From positions 1 through 31,208 of the IMG/VR virus record IMGVR_UViG_3300030433_001893: a stretch of 31,208 nucleotides of DNA. One strand, given 5' to 3'. The notes under the pieces were generated by a model, which did no database searches, had not been told where the DNA came from, and saw nothing but the letters and a program-made list of their open reading frames with translations. This DNA comes from a virus (lineage: Duplodnaviria > Caudoviricetes). The number at the start of each line of letters is the position of its first letter. Position 1 is the stretch's first letter. The position numbers were made by a program, and so were the translations under genes. Below are positions 1-10,200 of this stretch, piece after piece.

Positions 1-1
1 A

Positions 2-277
2 CCTAGCGACACCAAGCCCGGCAAGTTTGAGAAATCTGAGTTCACGGCAATCTTCAAGCGAGTGAAGATGTCTGAGCTGGAGGGCGTGAGTGAGTCAGAG
101 GGCGTGTCTCTGCTCAAGAAAGTTCTTGTTGGTTGGGAGGGCATCAAGGATGAGGACGGTGACGAAATTAAGTTCTCTGAGGCTGAGCTTGATGATTTTG
201 CTGATGACGTGGATTGGTTGAAAGCAGTGCTTGCTGCTTACACCAAGACTTACGGCGAGGCGCAAGCGGGAAACTAA
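2..277 (+). CDS. Tail assembly chaperone (gpG-like), 5'-truncated by window start
   Basis: Frame is open from base 2 (PSDTKPGKFEKSEFTAIFKRVKMSE...) to TAA 275-277; contains VGWEGIKDEDGDEIKFS typical of tail chaperones; lies upstream of the tape measure gene and ends at a slippery heptamer. Confidence 0.85.
   Translation, partial: PSDTKPGKFEKSEFTAIFKRVKMSELEGVSESEGVSLLKKVLVGWEGIKDEDGDEIKFSEAELDDFADDVDWLKAVLAAYTKTYGEAQAGN
268..274 (+). promoter_or_regulatory. Programmed -1 ribosomal frameshift site G GGA AAC (G/GT chaperone)
   Basis: X XXY YYZ heptamer in frame immediately before the stop codon; the -1 frame (GGG AAA CTA AGA..., GKLREAAVYW) is open to 621; same arrangement as lambda G-T (GGGAAAG). 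Confidence 0.9.
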
Positions 278-621
278 GAGAGGCTGCGGTCTATTGGGCT
301 GCTGGCGGCAAGATTGTTGAGGACAAAACTCAGGATGATGCTGCCGCCTTTGGCATAGAACTGCCAGCACCAAAGAAAACAGAGTCAGAGGACTTTGAGG
401 TCTGGGACGAGAACTGGGATATCGTCACGATGTTCTTGCGTATGCAGACCCAGTGGACCGTCAGCATGTCTGGGTATGTGGGGTTGCGATATGACGTACT
501 GCTGGTTTCCGGGGGGCTTTTTGACCTTTATGATGTGGAGAACCGTCGCGAAGTGCTAGAGGGCCTCCAAGTCATGGAATCCGCAGCACTCCGCGAATTC
601 AGCAAGAAGGCAGATGGCTAG
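268..621 (+). CDS. Tail assembly chaperone frameshift extension (gpT-like, DUF1799-like)
   Basis: FEVWDENWDIVTMFLRMQTQW...GLRYD...LQVMESAAL resembles DUF1799; no good independent start, best explained as the C-terminal part of a GT fusion. Confidence 0.8.
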   Translation, partial: GKLREAAVYWAAGGKIVEDKTQDDAAAFGIELPAPKKTESEDFEVWDENWDIVTMFLRMQTQWTVSMSGYVGLRYDVLLVSGGLFDLYDVENRREVLEGLQVMESAALREFSKKADG

Positions 622-3600
622 CAAGTCGGTTGCTGATTTTCTGGTAGACCTCAAGATTGACGGCATCGAGGGCGTCAATCAGCTGAAAGGATCTCTGCGT
701 TCTTTGTCGAGAGCCGCAGGCCCTACAGACAAAGGCTTAAAAGATATTGCAAGAGCGGTAAAAAACTTCAATCGAGCTGGAGGAGAAAGTCGTCAGGTAA
801 TTCAAGGGCAGATAGACGCACTAAAAGGCTTGAAGTCTCAGGCCACTTTGGGTGGAGAGGCCTTTAGACAGCTAACTAAAGATGTTGCTGAGTACGAGGC
901 AAAACTCAAGAGCGTTGACGCTCAGATTGATTCCACTGGCAGAAAGATAAAAAGCCTGCGACAAGTTGAAACTCAATTCACCAAAAGGAGCATTGAGGGC
1001 TTAGAAGGTCAAATTCAAAGCAGGAAAGGGCTTTTAGAGGCAGAAAAACCTTTGACGGCTGCTTATGCACAGCAGCTTGGTGGAATTCTTGCCATTGAAG
1101 AAGCAATCGTTCAAGCCAAGCAGCGACAAGCCGTTATTGCTGCCGCTCAAAGACAGGCTGAAGTTACTTTTGGTGGGGCGAAGCTTGGGATGCCTGCAAA
1201 GGTGTCTGGCACTGGAGCAGACATAAGAGATGCAATTACATCTGACCTCGGAGAGCTTCCAAATACTCTTAGCGCAATCAACTTAGAGCTTGGCGAGCAG
1301 CGGTCGAAGCTGCAGGATTTGGATGTTACTTCAGACGAATACACTAAGACTCAACAAGCTATCCTCGATCTCGAGAAAAGACTCAAGGCGGCGACTGAGG
1401 GCAGAACACAAGCAGTAATTGATCAAGAGCAAAGGCTTAAAGCCCTAGATGAGCAAGAGATACGTCGTGCCAGAAGAGCCGCAAAAATTGCAGGCATCCA
1501 AGAAGCGCTTTCTGGCCGAACGGGCGACACCCTTGAGATTGGCAGTCGTGATCCTCGTACTGGTGCAATCATCGCTGAGGGCACTGCGCCTCTCAGGCCA
1601 CAAGTGCCCACACAGGTAAGAGAAGTCAGCGGGTTGTATCGCAGTATTAGTGATATCGGCATGTCTGGCATTAATGCAGACATTGACCGGATGGGCAAGA
1701 GCGTTGAGATGGTCACTCGTGACATCAAGGCTGCTACTGCTGCATCGAATGGCAGCATCAGCGCTCTTCAGAATCAAAGAGCAGCGTTTGCTTCTTTGCG
1801 TGCAGGTATTGACCCCACCAGCAAGGAGTTCCGCAAGCTAAGCAGGGAAATCGAAAGAGTTGACAGAAGACTGGAAAAACTAAGCAAGCGTCGAGGTTTT
1901 AGCCTTAGGAACATCACTGCAACTCTTGGTGGCGTTGCGGCTGGTGGCATTTTTGGCGGGCCTGAAGGCGCTTTTGGTGGGGCTGTCGGCGGCATACTTG
2001 GCGGCGGACCTGGCGCGGCTACAGGGGCCGCTATCGGCGCTCAGGCCGGGATGCTTAGGCAAAACGTTGAAGGCTTTGCTGAATATGCCGCAAATGTCGA
2101 CAAGGCTCTTATTGCGCTTAAAGGTATTGCTGGCACCCAGGAAAATTACAACGTCCTGCTTGCGCAAGCCACCAAAGTCACGGAGCAATTAAACGTCCCA
2201 CAAGAAGTAGCCATTCGAGGCATTACCAGGCTCTCTGCTGCCGTTCTTGGTGCAGGCGGCAACGTCAATGACGCTGCTCGTGCGTTCACGCAAATCATTA
2301 TCGCCGTCAAAGGAACTGCTGGTGGCGCTGAAGACGTAAATAGTGCTCTTACTGCTCTTGTACAGATCTTCTCGAAGGGCAAAGTCTCTGCCGAGGAACT
2401 TTCTGGACAGTTGGGTGAGCGCTTCCCTGCGGCTGTAACGGAGTTCGCGAAGGCGAACGAGATGACAACTATGGAACTGCAGGCTGCCCTCAAAAACGGC
2501 ACAGTTGGACTTGGCGAGCTGATGGAGTTCCTTGCAGGAGTTGGCGAAAAATATCAAGATATTGCGCTGGAAATTGCTCAGTCAAACGAAGAAGCTGGAG
2601 CAAGGTCGCAAGTTGCATTTAATGAAATGCGGCTTGCGATTGGTCGGGCGATTACTCCCATTGGGGCCGAACTGCAAACGGCTATCGCTAATTTTGTTAA
2701 AAATAACATCACGGCGATTACTAACTTTGCTCAAATTTTTGCTGACTTTATTAGAAAAGTTTTGGATGGAATCGCTCTTGTTATTAAGCATGGAGACAAG
2801 ATTAAAGACCTTATAGCTATTATCGTTGGTGGCGCAGTGGGCGGCAAGCTTGTTGGCCTCATAACCAGTGTTGGCACTAAAATTGTGCCCTTGGTCAAAA
2901 GGGTCGGGCTGCTGCGTACAGCAATTTTGCTGCTTAATCGGACAATGATGATTAATCCATTCTTCCTGCTTGCAGCTGGCATTACGGCTGCAGGTGTAGC
3001 GATTGGGAATTATGTGAATAGGCACGACAAAGTCGTCCAGAAGATAAATAGCGGTGCTTTGTCAATTGCTGAATCGGAAAAAGCAATTGCTGGTTTTAGG
3101 AAAGAGCTTAAAGAGCTTCAGAGAGAAGATGACATAAACACAGGAATAACAGGCGTTGTCACTCCGGCAAGCAAAAGTGGTCTTCCAAGAATAACTGGCG
3201 CAGATCTTCGTCCTTCAAGACGGCGGCCTGAAATTACCCAGCAAAGAATAAGAGAACTTACTGCTTACATTGCTGCAGGTGAGGCTGCGATTGAAAACAG
3301 AAAAGAGCTTGAGAAACCGTTGTCAGGCTTGCTTGAAGGCCTTGGGGAAGGCAATCCTTTTGCCAAGCTGCAGCCCACAGGTGGAGGTGACGAAAAGAAA
3401 GACATGTCAGCGCTTGAGCTGGAGTTGCGCAAGAGGATTCTTGACGCTCAGTACGAGGGTAATGATGTTTTGGCAGCTCGACTGCAGATGATTAGCCGTA
3501 TCATGCTTGCGGATGAGAAACTTGCAGACGGTCAAATCAAAGCTAATCAGCATCAAAATGAGCAGTACGAGGGCACTGTTGAGTACTTAACAACTATCAG

Positions 3601-4519
3601 AGAGTTAGCTAAAGAGCGCAAAGAGCAGCAAGAGCAAGCTTTTAGGCAACTACAAGATGCAAGGTTTGAAGGCACACTTGTTAGCGAGCAAGAGCGGCAA
3701 AGAGTTGAGATTCAACGTCAGCTGAAAGATTTCGCTAAGGCGTATAAAGACTTCATGACTGATGAGGAGCTGCGAGCTGCATTGGCTGAACTTCAAACAC
3801 ATCTCGAAAATGCCAACGAGCCCCTTTTTAAATTCAAGAAGGGCCTCCGCGAAGTATTTGACGAGGCAATGAATGTCGCCGAGGCTGTTGGCAAGGTTGG
3901 AGTTGATGCAGTCAATGATCTTGGCGATGCATTCGCCGACTTCGTCACCACCGGCAAGGCTAATTTCCGTGATTTTGCGAATTCTGTCATCAGAGACCTA
4001 GCTCGCATCTTCGCCAAGAAGGCGCTGTTCCAAGGATTGAGCTTGATTCCAGGTGTTGGCAGTTTCCTTGGGCTGGCGGGAGCTGTTTCTGGTGGCAGTG
4101 GTGCTGCCAGCACTGGTTTCAGCAAAACTGGTTTTTACGATCCCATCACTGGCAAGGGGACTGCTGGTCCAAACTTTGGTCTTGCGAATGGTGCAGCATT
4201 CGTCAAAAACAAGATCGTGCCTTACGCCACGGGCGGCATTGTCAACAAGCCCACGTTGTTTCCTATGGCAAATGGTACTGGGCTCATGGGTGAGGCTGGA
4301 CCTGAAGCAATTATGCCGCTGCGTCGTGGAGCTAACGGCAAGCTTGGGGTTGAGGCTTCTGGCTCTGGAATAGGTAACATCACAGTGAATGTTGACGCTT
4401 CTGGTTCTTCTGTGGAAGGTGACGCTTCCGAGGCAGCACAACTCGGCAAGATGCTTGGCGCTGCAGTGCAGGCTGAGCTGGTTAAGCAGAAACGTCCTGG
4501 AGGCTTACTTGCAAGCTAA
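614..4519 (+). CDS. Tail tape measure protein
   Basis: 1301 aa, helical and Ala-rich; tape-measure motif LVQIFSKGKVSAEELSGQLGERFP; lambda-type C-terminus GGIVNKPTLF...MGEAGPEAIMPLRRG..GKLGV; located between chaperone and gpM. Confidence 0.95.
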   Translation: MASKSVADFLVDLKIDGIEGVNQLKGSLRSLSRAAGPTDKGLKDIARAVKNFNRAGGESRQVIQGQIDALKGLKSQATLGGEAFRQLTKDVAEYEAKLKSVDAQIDSTGRKIKSLRQVETQFTKRSIEGLEGQIQSRKGLLEAEKPLTAAYAQQLGGILAIEEAIVQAKQRQAVIAAAQRQAEVTFGGAKLGMPAKVSGTGADIRDAITSDLGELPNTLSAINLELGEQRSKLQDLDVTSDEYTKTQQAILDLEKRLKAATEGRTQAVIDQEQRLKALDEQEIRRARRAAKIAGIQEALSGRTGDTLEIGSRDPRTGAIIAEGTAPLRPQVPTQVREVSGLYRSISDIGMSGINADIDRMGKSVEMVTRDIKAATAASNGSISALQNQRAAFASLRAGIDPTSKEFRKLSREIERVDRRLEKLSKRRGFSLRNITATLGGVAAGGIFGGPEGAFGGAVGGILGGGPGAATGAAIGAQAGMLRQNVEGFAEYAANVDKALIALKGIAGTQENYNVLLAQATKVTEQLNVPQEVAIRGITRLSAAVLGAGGNVNDAARAFTQIIIAVKGTAGGAEDVNSALTALVQIFSKGKVSAEELSGQLGERFPAAVTEFAKANEMTTMELQAALKNGTVGLGELMEFLAGVGEKYQDIALEIAQSNEEAGARSQVAFNEMRLAIGRAITPIGAELQTAIANFVKNNITAITNFAQIFADFIRKVLDGIALVIKHGDKIKDLIAIIVGGAVGGKLVGLITSVGTKIVPLVKRVGLLRTAILLLNRTMMINPFFLLAAGITAAGVAIGNYVNRHDKVVQKINSGALSIAESEKAIAGFRKELKELQREDDINTGITGVVTPASKSGLPRITGADLRPSRRRPEITQQRIRELTAYIAAGEAAIENRKELEKPLSGLLEGLGEGNPFAKLQPTGGGDEKKDMSALELELRKRILDAQYEGNDVLAARLQMISRIMLADEKLADGQIKANQHQNEQYEGTVEYLTTIRELAKERKEQQEQAFRQLQDARFEGTLVSEQERQRVEIQRQLKDFAKAYKDFMTDEELRAALAELQTHLENANEPLFKFKKGLREVFDEAMNVAEAVGKVGVDAVNDLGDAFADFVTTGKANFRDFANSVIRDLARIFAKKALFQGLSLIPGVGSFLGLAGAVSGGSGAASTGFSKTGFYDPITGKGTAGPNFGLANGAAFVKNKIVPYATGGIVNKPTLFPMANGTGLMGEAGPEAIMPLRRGANGKLGVEASGSGIGNITVNVDASGSSVEGDASEAAQLGKMLGAAVQAELVKQKRPGGLLAS

Positions 4520-4866
4520 TGGCAACTTTTCCTTCTATTGATCCGTCTTACGGAGCGCAAAAGCGTAGTCAACCTAAGTTTAAAACCGTCCAATTTGGCG
4601 ATGGTTACCAAACTCGCTTGACCTATGGCTTAAACCAAGACATGAAAGAGTGGCAGCTTGAGTTTAGAAATTTGACTGAAACAGATTCTGACACGATTGA
4701 AGCTTTTCTAGAAGCCAGAGCGGCTAATAATATGGAATCGTTCGACTGGTCTCCTCCAGACGAGACCGATACTTACAAATGGATTTGCAGCTCTTGGACC
4801 AAGACCTTGCCTTATTCAAACTTGGCAACTATACAGACAACATTTACTCAAGTACCTGAACCCTAA
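4519..4866 (+). CDS. Minor tail protein, lambda gpM-like (distal tail)
   Basis: 115 aa with VQFGDGYQTR...GLN and FLEARA...SFDWSPP motifs; directly after the tape measure gene with TAATG overlap. Confidence 0.9.
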   Translation: MATFPSIDPSYGAQKRSQPKFKTVQFGDGYQTRLTYGLNQDMKEWQLEFRNLTETDSDTIEAFLEARAANNMESFDWSPPDETDTYKWICSSWTKTLPYSNLATIQTTFTQVPEP

Positions 4867-5882
4867 TGGCTTATACCGCTTGGGCTGCTAGCACCGCGTT
4901 TGCTGTTGGAGACGTTCGACGTGCTACTGCGTCTCAAAACAACGGCGTAGTTTTTGAGTGCATTGAAGCTGGAACATCAGGCGGCACAGAGCCTGTTTGG
5001 CCTACAAGTCTTTTCAATGTAGACAGCACTGTTAACACAGCTGATGCAGATGCGGTCGCTGGCAACTGTTTGCTTGTTTTTAACGAGCAATGCGTCACAG
5101 CAGGTGCCGTTGTTGATGGAACGGTTACATGGAAAGCAATCAGTTCGATCTATGCAGACCTTTCAGCAATTTCACCAAGCGCGATTATTGAGCTATTTGA
5201 ACTGCATTACGACAGTACCTTGCATGGCAGTAGCGATGTCTTGCGGTGGCATGCAGGAGCAAATGATGCGATAACTGGCAACATCACTTGGAATGGGAAT
5301 GATTACGCTCGTCTTCCTGTTAAGGCCGAAGGCTTTGAGTACAAAAACTCTGGGTCGTTACCACGCCCAACGCTGTCTGTAGCAAATTTAAATTCCGCAA
5401 TAACTGCGTTATTGATTGGAGTCAACGCGATCACTCCAGGTAATGATTTGATTGGAGCAAAGGTCAAGCGCATCAGAACCTTGAAGAAGTTTCTCGATGG
5501 TGAATCTGGAGCCGACCCTTACGCAACTTTCCCTGTTGAGGAATGGTTCGTCGACCGTAAAGCCTCAGAATCACGCGATGTTGTCACTTTTGAGCTTGCC
5601 AGCAAGTTTGACCTGTCGAACAAACAGTTGCCAAACCGGCAGGTAGTGGCCAACATTTGCCAGTGGGTCTATAAGTCCTCAGAATGCGGCTACGTTCCAG
5701 GATCTGAACCTGGAAAAGTAGTTGATGGCGTTACATATTATCGTTTTGATAAAAATGATGAGCCAGAAACTCTTGATGCAAATGATGTTTGCGGCAAGCG
5801 TCTTTCTAGCTGTAAATGTCGCTTTGGTGACAATAATGAACTACCGTTTGGGTCGTTCCCCGGCGCCGGACTGCTGAGATGA
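4866..5882 (+). CDS. Minor tail protein, lambda gpL-like, with N-terminal extension
   Basis: IELFEL, ITWNGNDY..LPVKAEGFE, LPRPTLSVAN, KRIRTLKKFLD, VTFELASKFD; C-terminal Cys set CQWVYKSSEC...DVCGKRLSSCKCRF...FGSFPG as in the gpL Fe-S motif. Confidence 0.92.
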   Translation: MAYTAWAASTAFAVGDVRRATASQNNGVVFECIEAGTSGGTEPVWPTSLFNVDSTVNTADADAVAGNCLLVFNEQCVTAGAVVDGTVTWKAISSIYADLSAISPSAIIELFELHYDSTLHGSSDVLRWHAGANDAITGNITWNGNDYARLPVKAEGFEYKNSGSLPRPTLSVANLNSAITALLIGVNAITPGNDLIGAKVKRIRTLKKFLDGESGADPYATFPVEEWFVDRKASESRDVVTFELASKFDLSNKQLPNRQVVANICQWVYKSSECGYVPGSEPGKVVDGVTYYRFDKNDEPETLDANDVCGKRLSSCKCRFGDNNELPFGSFPGAGLLR

Positions 5883-6592
5883 CTTTGCCTTCTTCCATCA
5901 CCAGTCAGGTCTTGGCACATGCAAAAGAAGAGAGCCCAAGAGAATGCTGTGGGTTGGTGGCTGTAGTGAAGGGCAAGCGTCGTTATTTCCCTTGCAAAAA
6001 CTTGGCTGACACGCCGGACGAGCATTTTGTGCTCGATCCAGCTGATTACGCAGCTGTGGAGGATAAAGGCGAAATCGTTGCGGTGATCCACAGTCATCCA
6101 ACCACCAACCACAATCCTTCACCAGCTGATCGTGTCGCTTGTGAGCAAAGCGGTTTGCCTTGGCACATTGTCAATCCGAACACTGAGAATTGGGGTTATT
6201 GCGAGCCTGATGGGTTCGAGTTGCCATATGTAGGACGTGAGTTTTCGCATGGTGTGGTGGACTGCTACAGCCTTTGCCGCGATTGGTATAAGCGGGAGTT
6301 TGGGCTTGAACTGCGGAACTATCCACGCCGGGACAAGTGGTGGGACCACGGCGAAAACCTCTACCTAGAGAACTTTCAAAAGGAAGGGTTTAGAAAGATT
6401 CCAATTACTGAACTGAAGCGTGGCGATGCGTTGCTAATGCAGTTGGTGTCTCCCGTCCCAAACCATGCAGCGATCTACCTGGGCGATCAGCAGGTTTTGC
6501 ATCATGTGCAGGGCCGGCTGTCTAGCAGGGACGTTTACGGCGGGTATTATTTGAAGAACACCGCCTGCGCCTTGAGGCATGAAAGTCGTTAA
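5879..6592 (+). CDS. Tail assembly protein, lambda gpK-like (JAB/MPN + NlpC/P60)
   Basis: ESPRECCG and HSHP...SPADR (JAB); GVVDCYSL...NHAAIYLG...LHH (NlpC/P60). Confidence 0.93.
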   Translation: MTLPSSITSQVLAHAKEESPRECCGLVAVVKGKRRYFPCKNLADTPDEHFVLDPADYAAVEDKGEIVAVIHSHPTTNHNPSPADRVACEQSGLPWHIVNPNTENWGYCEPDGFELPYVGREFSHGVVDCYSLCRDWYKREFGLELRNYPRRDKWWDHGENLYLENFQKEGFRKIPITELKRGDALLMQLVSPVPNHAAIYLGDQQVLHHVQGRLSSRDVYGGYYLKNTACALRHESR

Positions 6593-7226
6593 GGTCTACG
6601 GGGCACTGCGCGAGCTGCTGGGAGCCAGTCGCTTTGAGTTCGTAGCTGATACACCTGCTCAGGCGATGCGTGCCTTGCTAGTCAACTTTCCGCAGCTTGA
6701 GCAATGGTTGATTGATAGCGAGAAGAATGGAGTTGCTTATCGAGTAAGCCTCGGCAAGCAAAAAATATACAGCGAGGATGTTTCCGGAATGTTCACGCCA
6801 TGGAGTGAGCAAGATGTTTTTGCAATTACGCCTGTTTTGACTGGTGCTGGTAATGGTGGCGTTGGGACATTTATTCTTGGCGCTGTCTTGGTCGGTGTTG
6901 CGATTTTCAATCCTTTCGTGGGCTTCTCGCTTGCTAAAGGTGGTTTCGCTGTGATGGGCAGTGCTGCAGTGGCTGCTGGTGGCGCTGGATTAGTGGCGGC
7001 AGCAGGAACATTAGGCATTGGCTTGATGTTGGCCGGTGTAGCTCAAATGCTTTCTCCTGTGCCAAAACCGCCTGGACCTGCTGAAGCACCGACACAGTTG
7101 GAATCAAACAGCTTTAGCGGCGTTGCGAATACTGTTCGTCAGGGCGTGCCCGTGCCAATAGCCTATGGGCGTGTGTTTGTTGGATCAGCGGTTATTTCTG
7201 CTGGCCTTGACGTTGATCAGGTTTGA
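6579..7226 (+). CDS. Tail assembly protein, lambda gpI-like
   Basis: VKVYGALRELLG...AMRAL beta-grasp-like N-terminus ending PVLTGAG, Gly/Ala hydrophobic middle, C-terminal SFSG..NT..QGVPVPIAYGRVFVGSAVISAG. Confidence 0.92.
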   Translation: MKVVKVYGALRELLGASRFEFVADTPAQAMRALLVNFPQLEQWLIDSEKNGVAYRVSLGKQKIYSEDVSGMFTPWSEQDVFAITPVLTGAGNGGVGTFILGAVLVGVAIFNPFVGFSLAKGGFAVMGSAAVAAGGAGLVAAAGTLGIGLMLAGVAQMLSPVPKPPGPAEAPTQLESNSFSGVANTVRQGVPVPIAYGRVFVGSAVISAGLDVDQV

Positions 7227-7228
7227 AC

Positions 7229-10200
7229 ATGACTGAAGCAAAGTACATTTCAGGCGCTGGTGGTGGTGGCTGCTTCACAGCCGATACGCTTGTGTCAACT
7301 CCTGACGGGCAGGTTCGGATTGACCAGCTCAAAGAAGGCAGTGAAGTAATCAGTTTTGATGACAAGGGCAATACACATGTTGCAAAGGTACTAAAAGTTC
7401 ATGTTCACGAAAAAGAGCAAGTTTATCGGTATGGCTTTTGGGGAAACGAGTATGTAGACGCAACACCAAATCATTGGGTCTTGAACCAATACAACGCATT
7501 CGTTGCGATTGGGAGCCTTGGTTTTGATGACTGCTTGATTGATGTCATGGGGCATCTTAGGCCGATGACGAGCCGAAAGGATTTGGGCACAGCGACTGTC
7601 TACAACTTGACGGTAGAACGGCAGCATACGTTTATCGCAAATAACATTCGCGTTCACAATGCAGGCCTAGGCCAAAGAATTGCAGGTGCTGGTGGTGGCC
7701 GCAAAAGTGGCGGTGGTGGCCACACTCCAACTGAAGCTGATGATTCACTGCAGTCAAAGCAGTTTGCAAACGTTCTTGACTTAATCAGTGAGGGCGAAAT
7801 TCAAGGCTTAGATGACGGCAATAAAAGTATCTTTTTTGACGGCACTCCTTTGCAAGCACCAGACGACACATACAATTTTTCTGACTATACAGTCAGCACT
7901 CGTAATGGCACGCAAGGACAGACCTATATTCCCGGCGTTTTTAGCAATGTTGAGTCTGAGACACAAGTTGGTGTTGAGGTTACTAAAGCCGCGCCAGTAG
8001 TTAGGCAGATTACGGATGACGATGTTGACCGTGTTCGAGTAACAATCGAGATCCCTTCGCTAAGGAAAATAGAAGATGATGGCGACATTATTGGCACGAG
8101 TGTAAGTATTAGCATTCAGGTTCAATACAACGGCGGCGGCTACAACACGGTTAAGACTGATAAGATTAAAGGCAAAAGCAATGGCCGCTATCAACGAGAT
8201 TACTTGATAACTCTTAGCGGCGCGTTCCCTGTAGACATCAAGGTTGTAAGAAATACTGCCGACAACAGCTCATCAACTCTTGCCAATACGACAAATTGGT
8301 CGAGCTTTACTTCAATTATTGACGCCAAGCTTGCCTATCCAAACAGCGCTCTTGTTGGCTTACGTTTTGGGTCCAAGCAGTTCAATCGTATTCCTCAGCG
8401 CAAATATTTAATTCGTGGAATAAAGATAGGTGTTCCGACTAATGCAAAAATTGACACAAGCGCGACTGAAAGGCTTGTTGTATCAACTGGTTCTACCGAA
8501 TCAATTACAGGCGGAATACCTGGAAGAATTACATATACTGGTGTTTGGAATGGTGAATTAAGCACCGATCCAGGGGCCTCAGGTGGCGCGGTTTGGACAA
8601 ACGATCCGGCTTGGTGCTTATGGGATTTGCTTACAAACGATAGGTACGGAGCTGGTGTTCCTGAATCCTCGCTTGATCGCTATGACTTTTTTGCAACCAG
8701 CCAGTATTGCAACACCCTTGTTGATGATGGAAAAGGTGGACAAGAGCCACGTTTTAGCTGCAATCTGCTAATCAACCAGCGCAAAGAGGTTTACAACGTC
8801 ATCCAAGAGATGACCAGCATTTTTAGAGGCATTTCTTTTTATGGCGCAGGCTCATTGGTGTTGTTGCAGGACAAGCCTTCTGACGCTCAATACACTCTTG
8901 GCCCAGCCAACGTTGTTGATGGCGCTTTTTCGTATTCTGGATCGTCAGTCCGAAGCCGTCACACTTGTGCAACTGTTGCGTACCAGGATTACGACGAACT
9001 GGGTGAGGTTTCGTTTGAGTACGTTGAAGATGCTGACGCTGTTGCCAAGTATGGCGTAAACAATAAGGACATTAAAGCGGTCGGCTGTTATTCGCAGGGT
9101 CAAGCCAACAGGCTGGGAAAATGGACACTGCTTAGCGAGCAAGACCTCTACGAGACGTGCAACTTCGCCATCGGCATTGACTCAGGCATTGTCGTTAGGC
9201 CTGGCATGGTGGTGGACATTGCTGATCCTTTGCGCGGTGGGACGCGAAGGAATGGACGTGTTTCTTCTGCAACTACGACTCAAATAACCCTTGATAGCGA
9301 CACTGATCTATTAGTTGACACAAGCGAAGACCCGAAACTGTCAATTGTTTTGCCGAACGGTTTAGTTGAAACAAGAAACATTGGTTCAATTAGCGGCAAA
9401 GTGGTTACTGTTCCTGTCGCATTTAGTCAGGCACCAGCGGCCAATGCGCCTTGGCTAATTCAAACAGACGATATTCAATCTCAGCAGTTTCGTGTAGTTA
9501 GCGTTGCAGAAGAAGGTGACGGAGTTTTTGGAGTAGCTGCAATTAAATACAACGAAAGCATTTACAACGCAGTAGAGGAGGACCTCAAATTAACTCAGCG
9601 CGACATTAGCAATCTCACTGAGCCACCATCAGCGGTAAGCGACTTGTCGGCCACCGAATTTTTATATGAAGAAGGTGGAACTGTCAAAACAGCTGTTGAC
9701 CTCAACTGGGAAAGCCCTGTTAATCAAGTTACACATGCGGACGACAATGTAATAACCGTTCAAGATCCTAACGTTAATGATTTTGTTGTTCGTTACCGTT
9801 TGGATAACAGTAATTTTGAAACAATCACCACTGAAGCTTCATCAACACAAATCAAAGGGTTGAAAGCAGGAAACCTGGAGGTTCAGGTTAGTGCTCGCAA
9901 TTTTAATAACAAATCTGGCCCAATCACTAAAGAGTTTTTTGAACTCGCAGGAAAAACAGCAATCCCAGGCAACGTACAAAATCTGACGTTAGAACCTTTG
10001 AATTACAACAGCGCACGTTTGCGTTGGGATGAGACTGTCGACCTTGACGTAAAAGTCAGTGGCAAGGTTCATATCCGACACAGCAATCTGACTGACGGCA
10101 GTGCGACGTGGTCAAACAGCACTGACCTCATTGCCGCGATTGCGGGCAGTTCAACTGAAGCGACTGTGCCTCTCTTAGAAGGGGAGTACCTAGTCAAGTT

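Noticed and set aside
214-267. Independent TTG start for the 214-621 ORF
   Set aside because: The frameshift site at 268-274 explains the ORF; the upstream residues overlap the chaperone in another frame.
7271-7660. Mobile intein with homing endonuclease
   Set aside because: Only 130 aa, no LAGLIDADG or HNH motif, and no Cys/Ser/Thr at +1.
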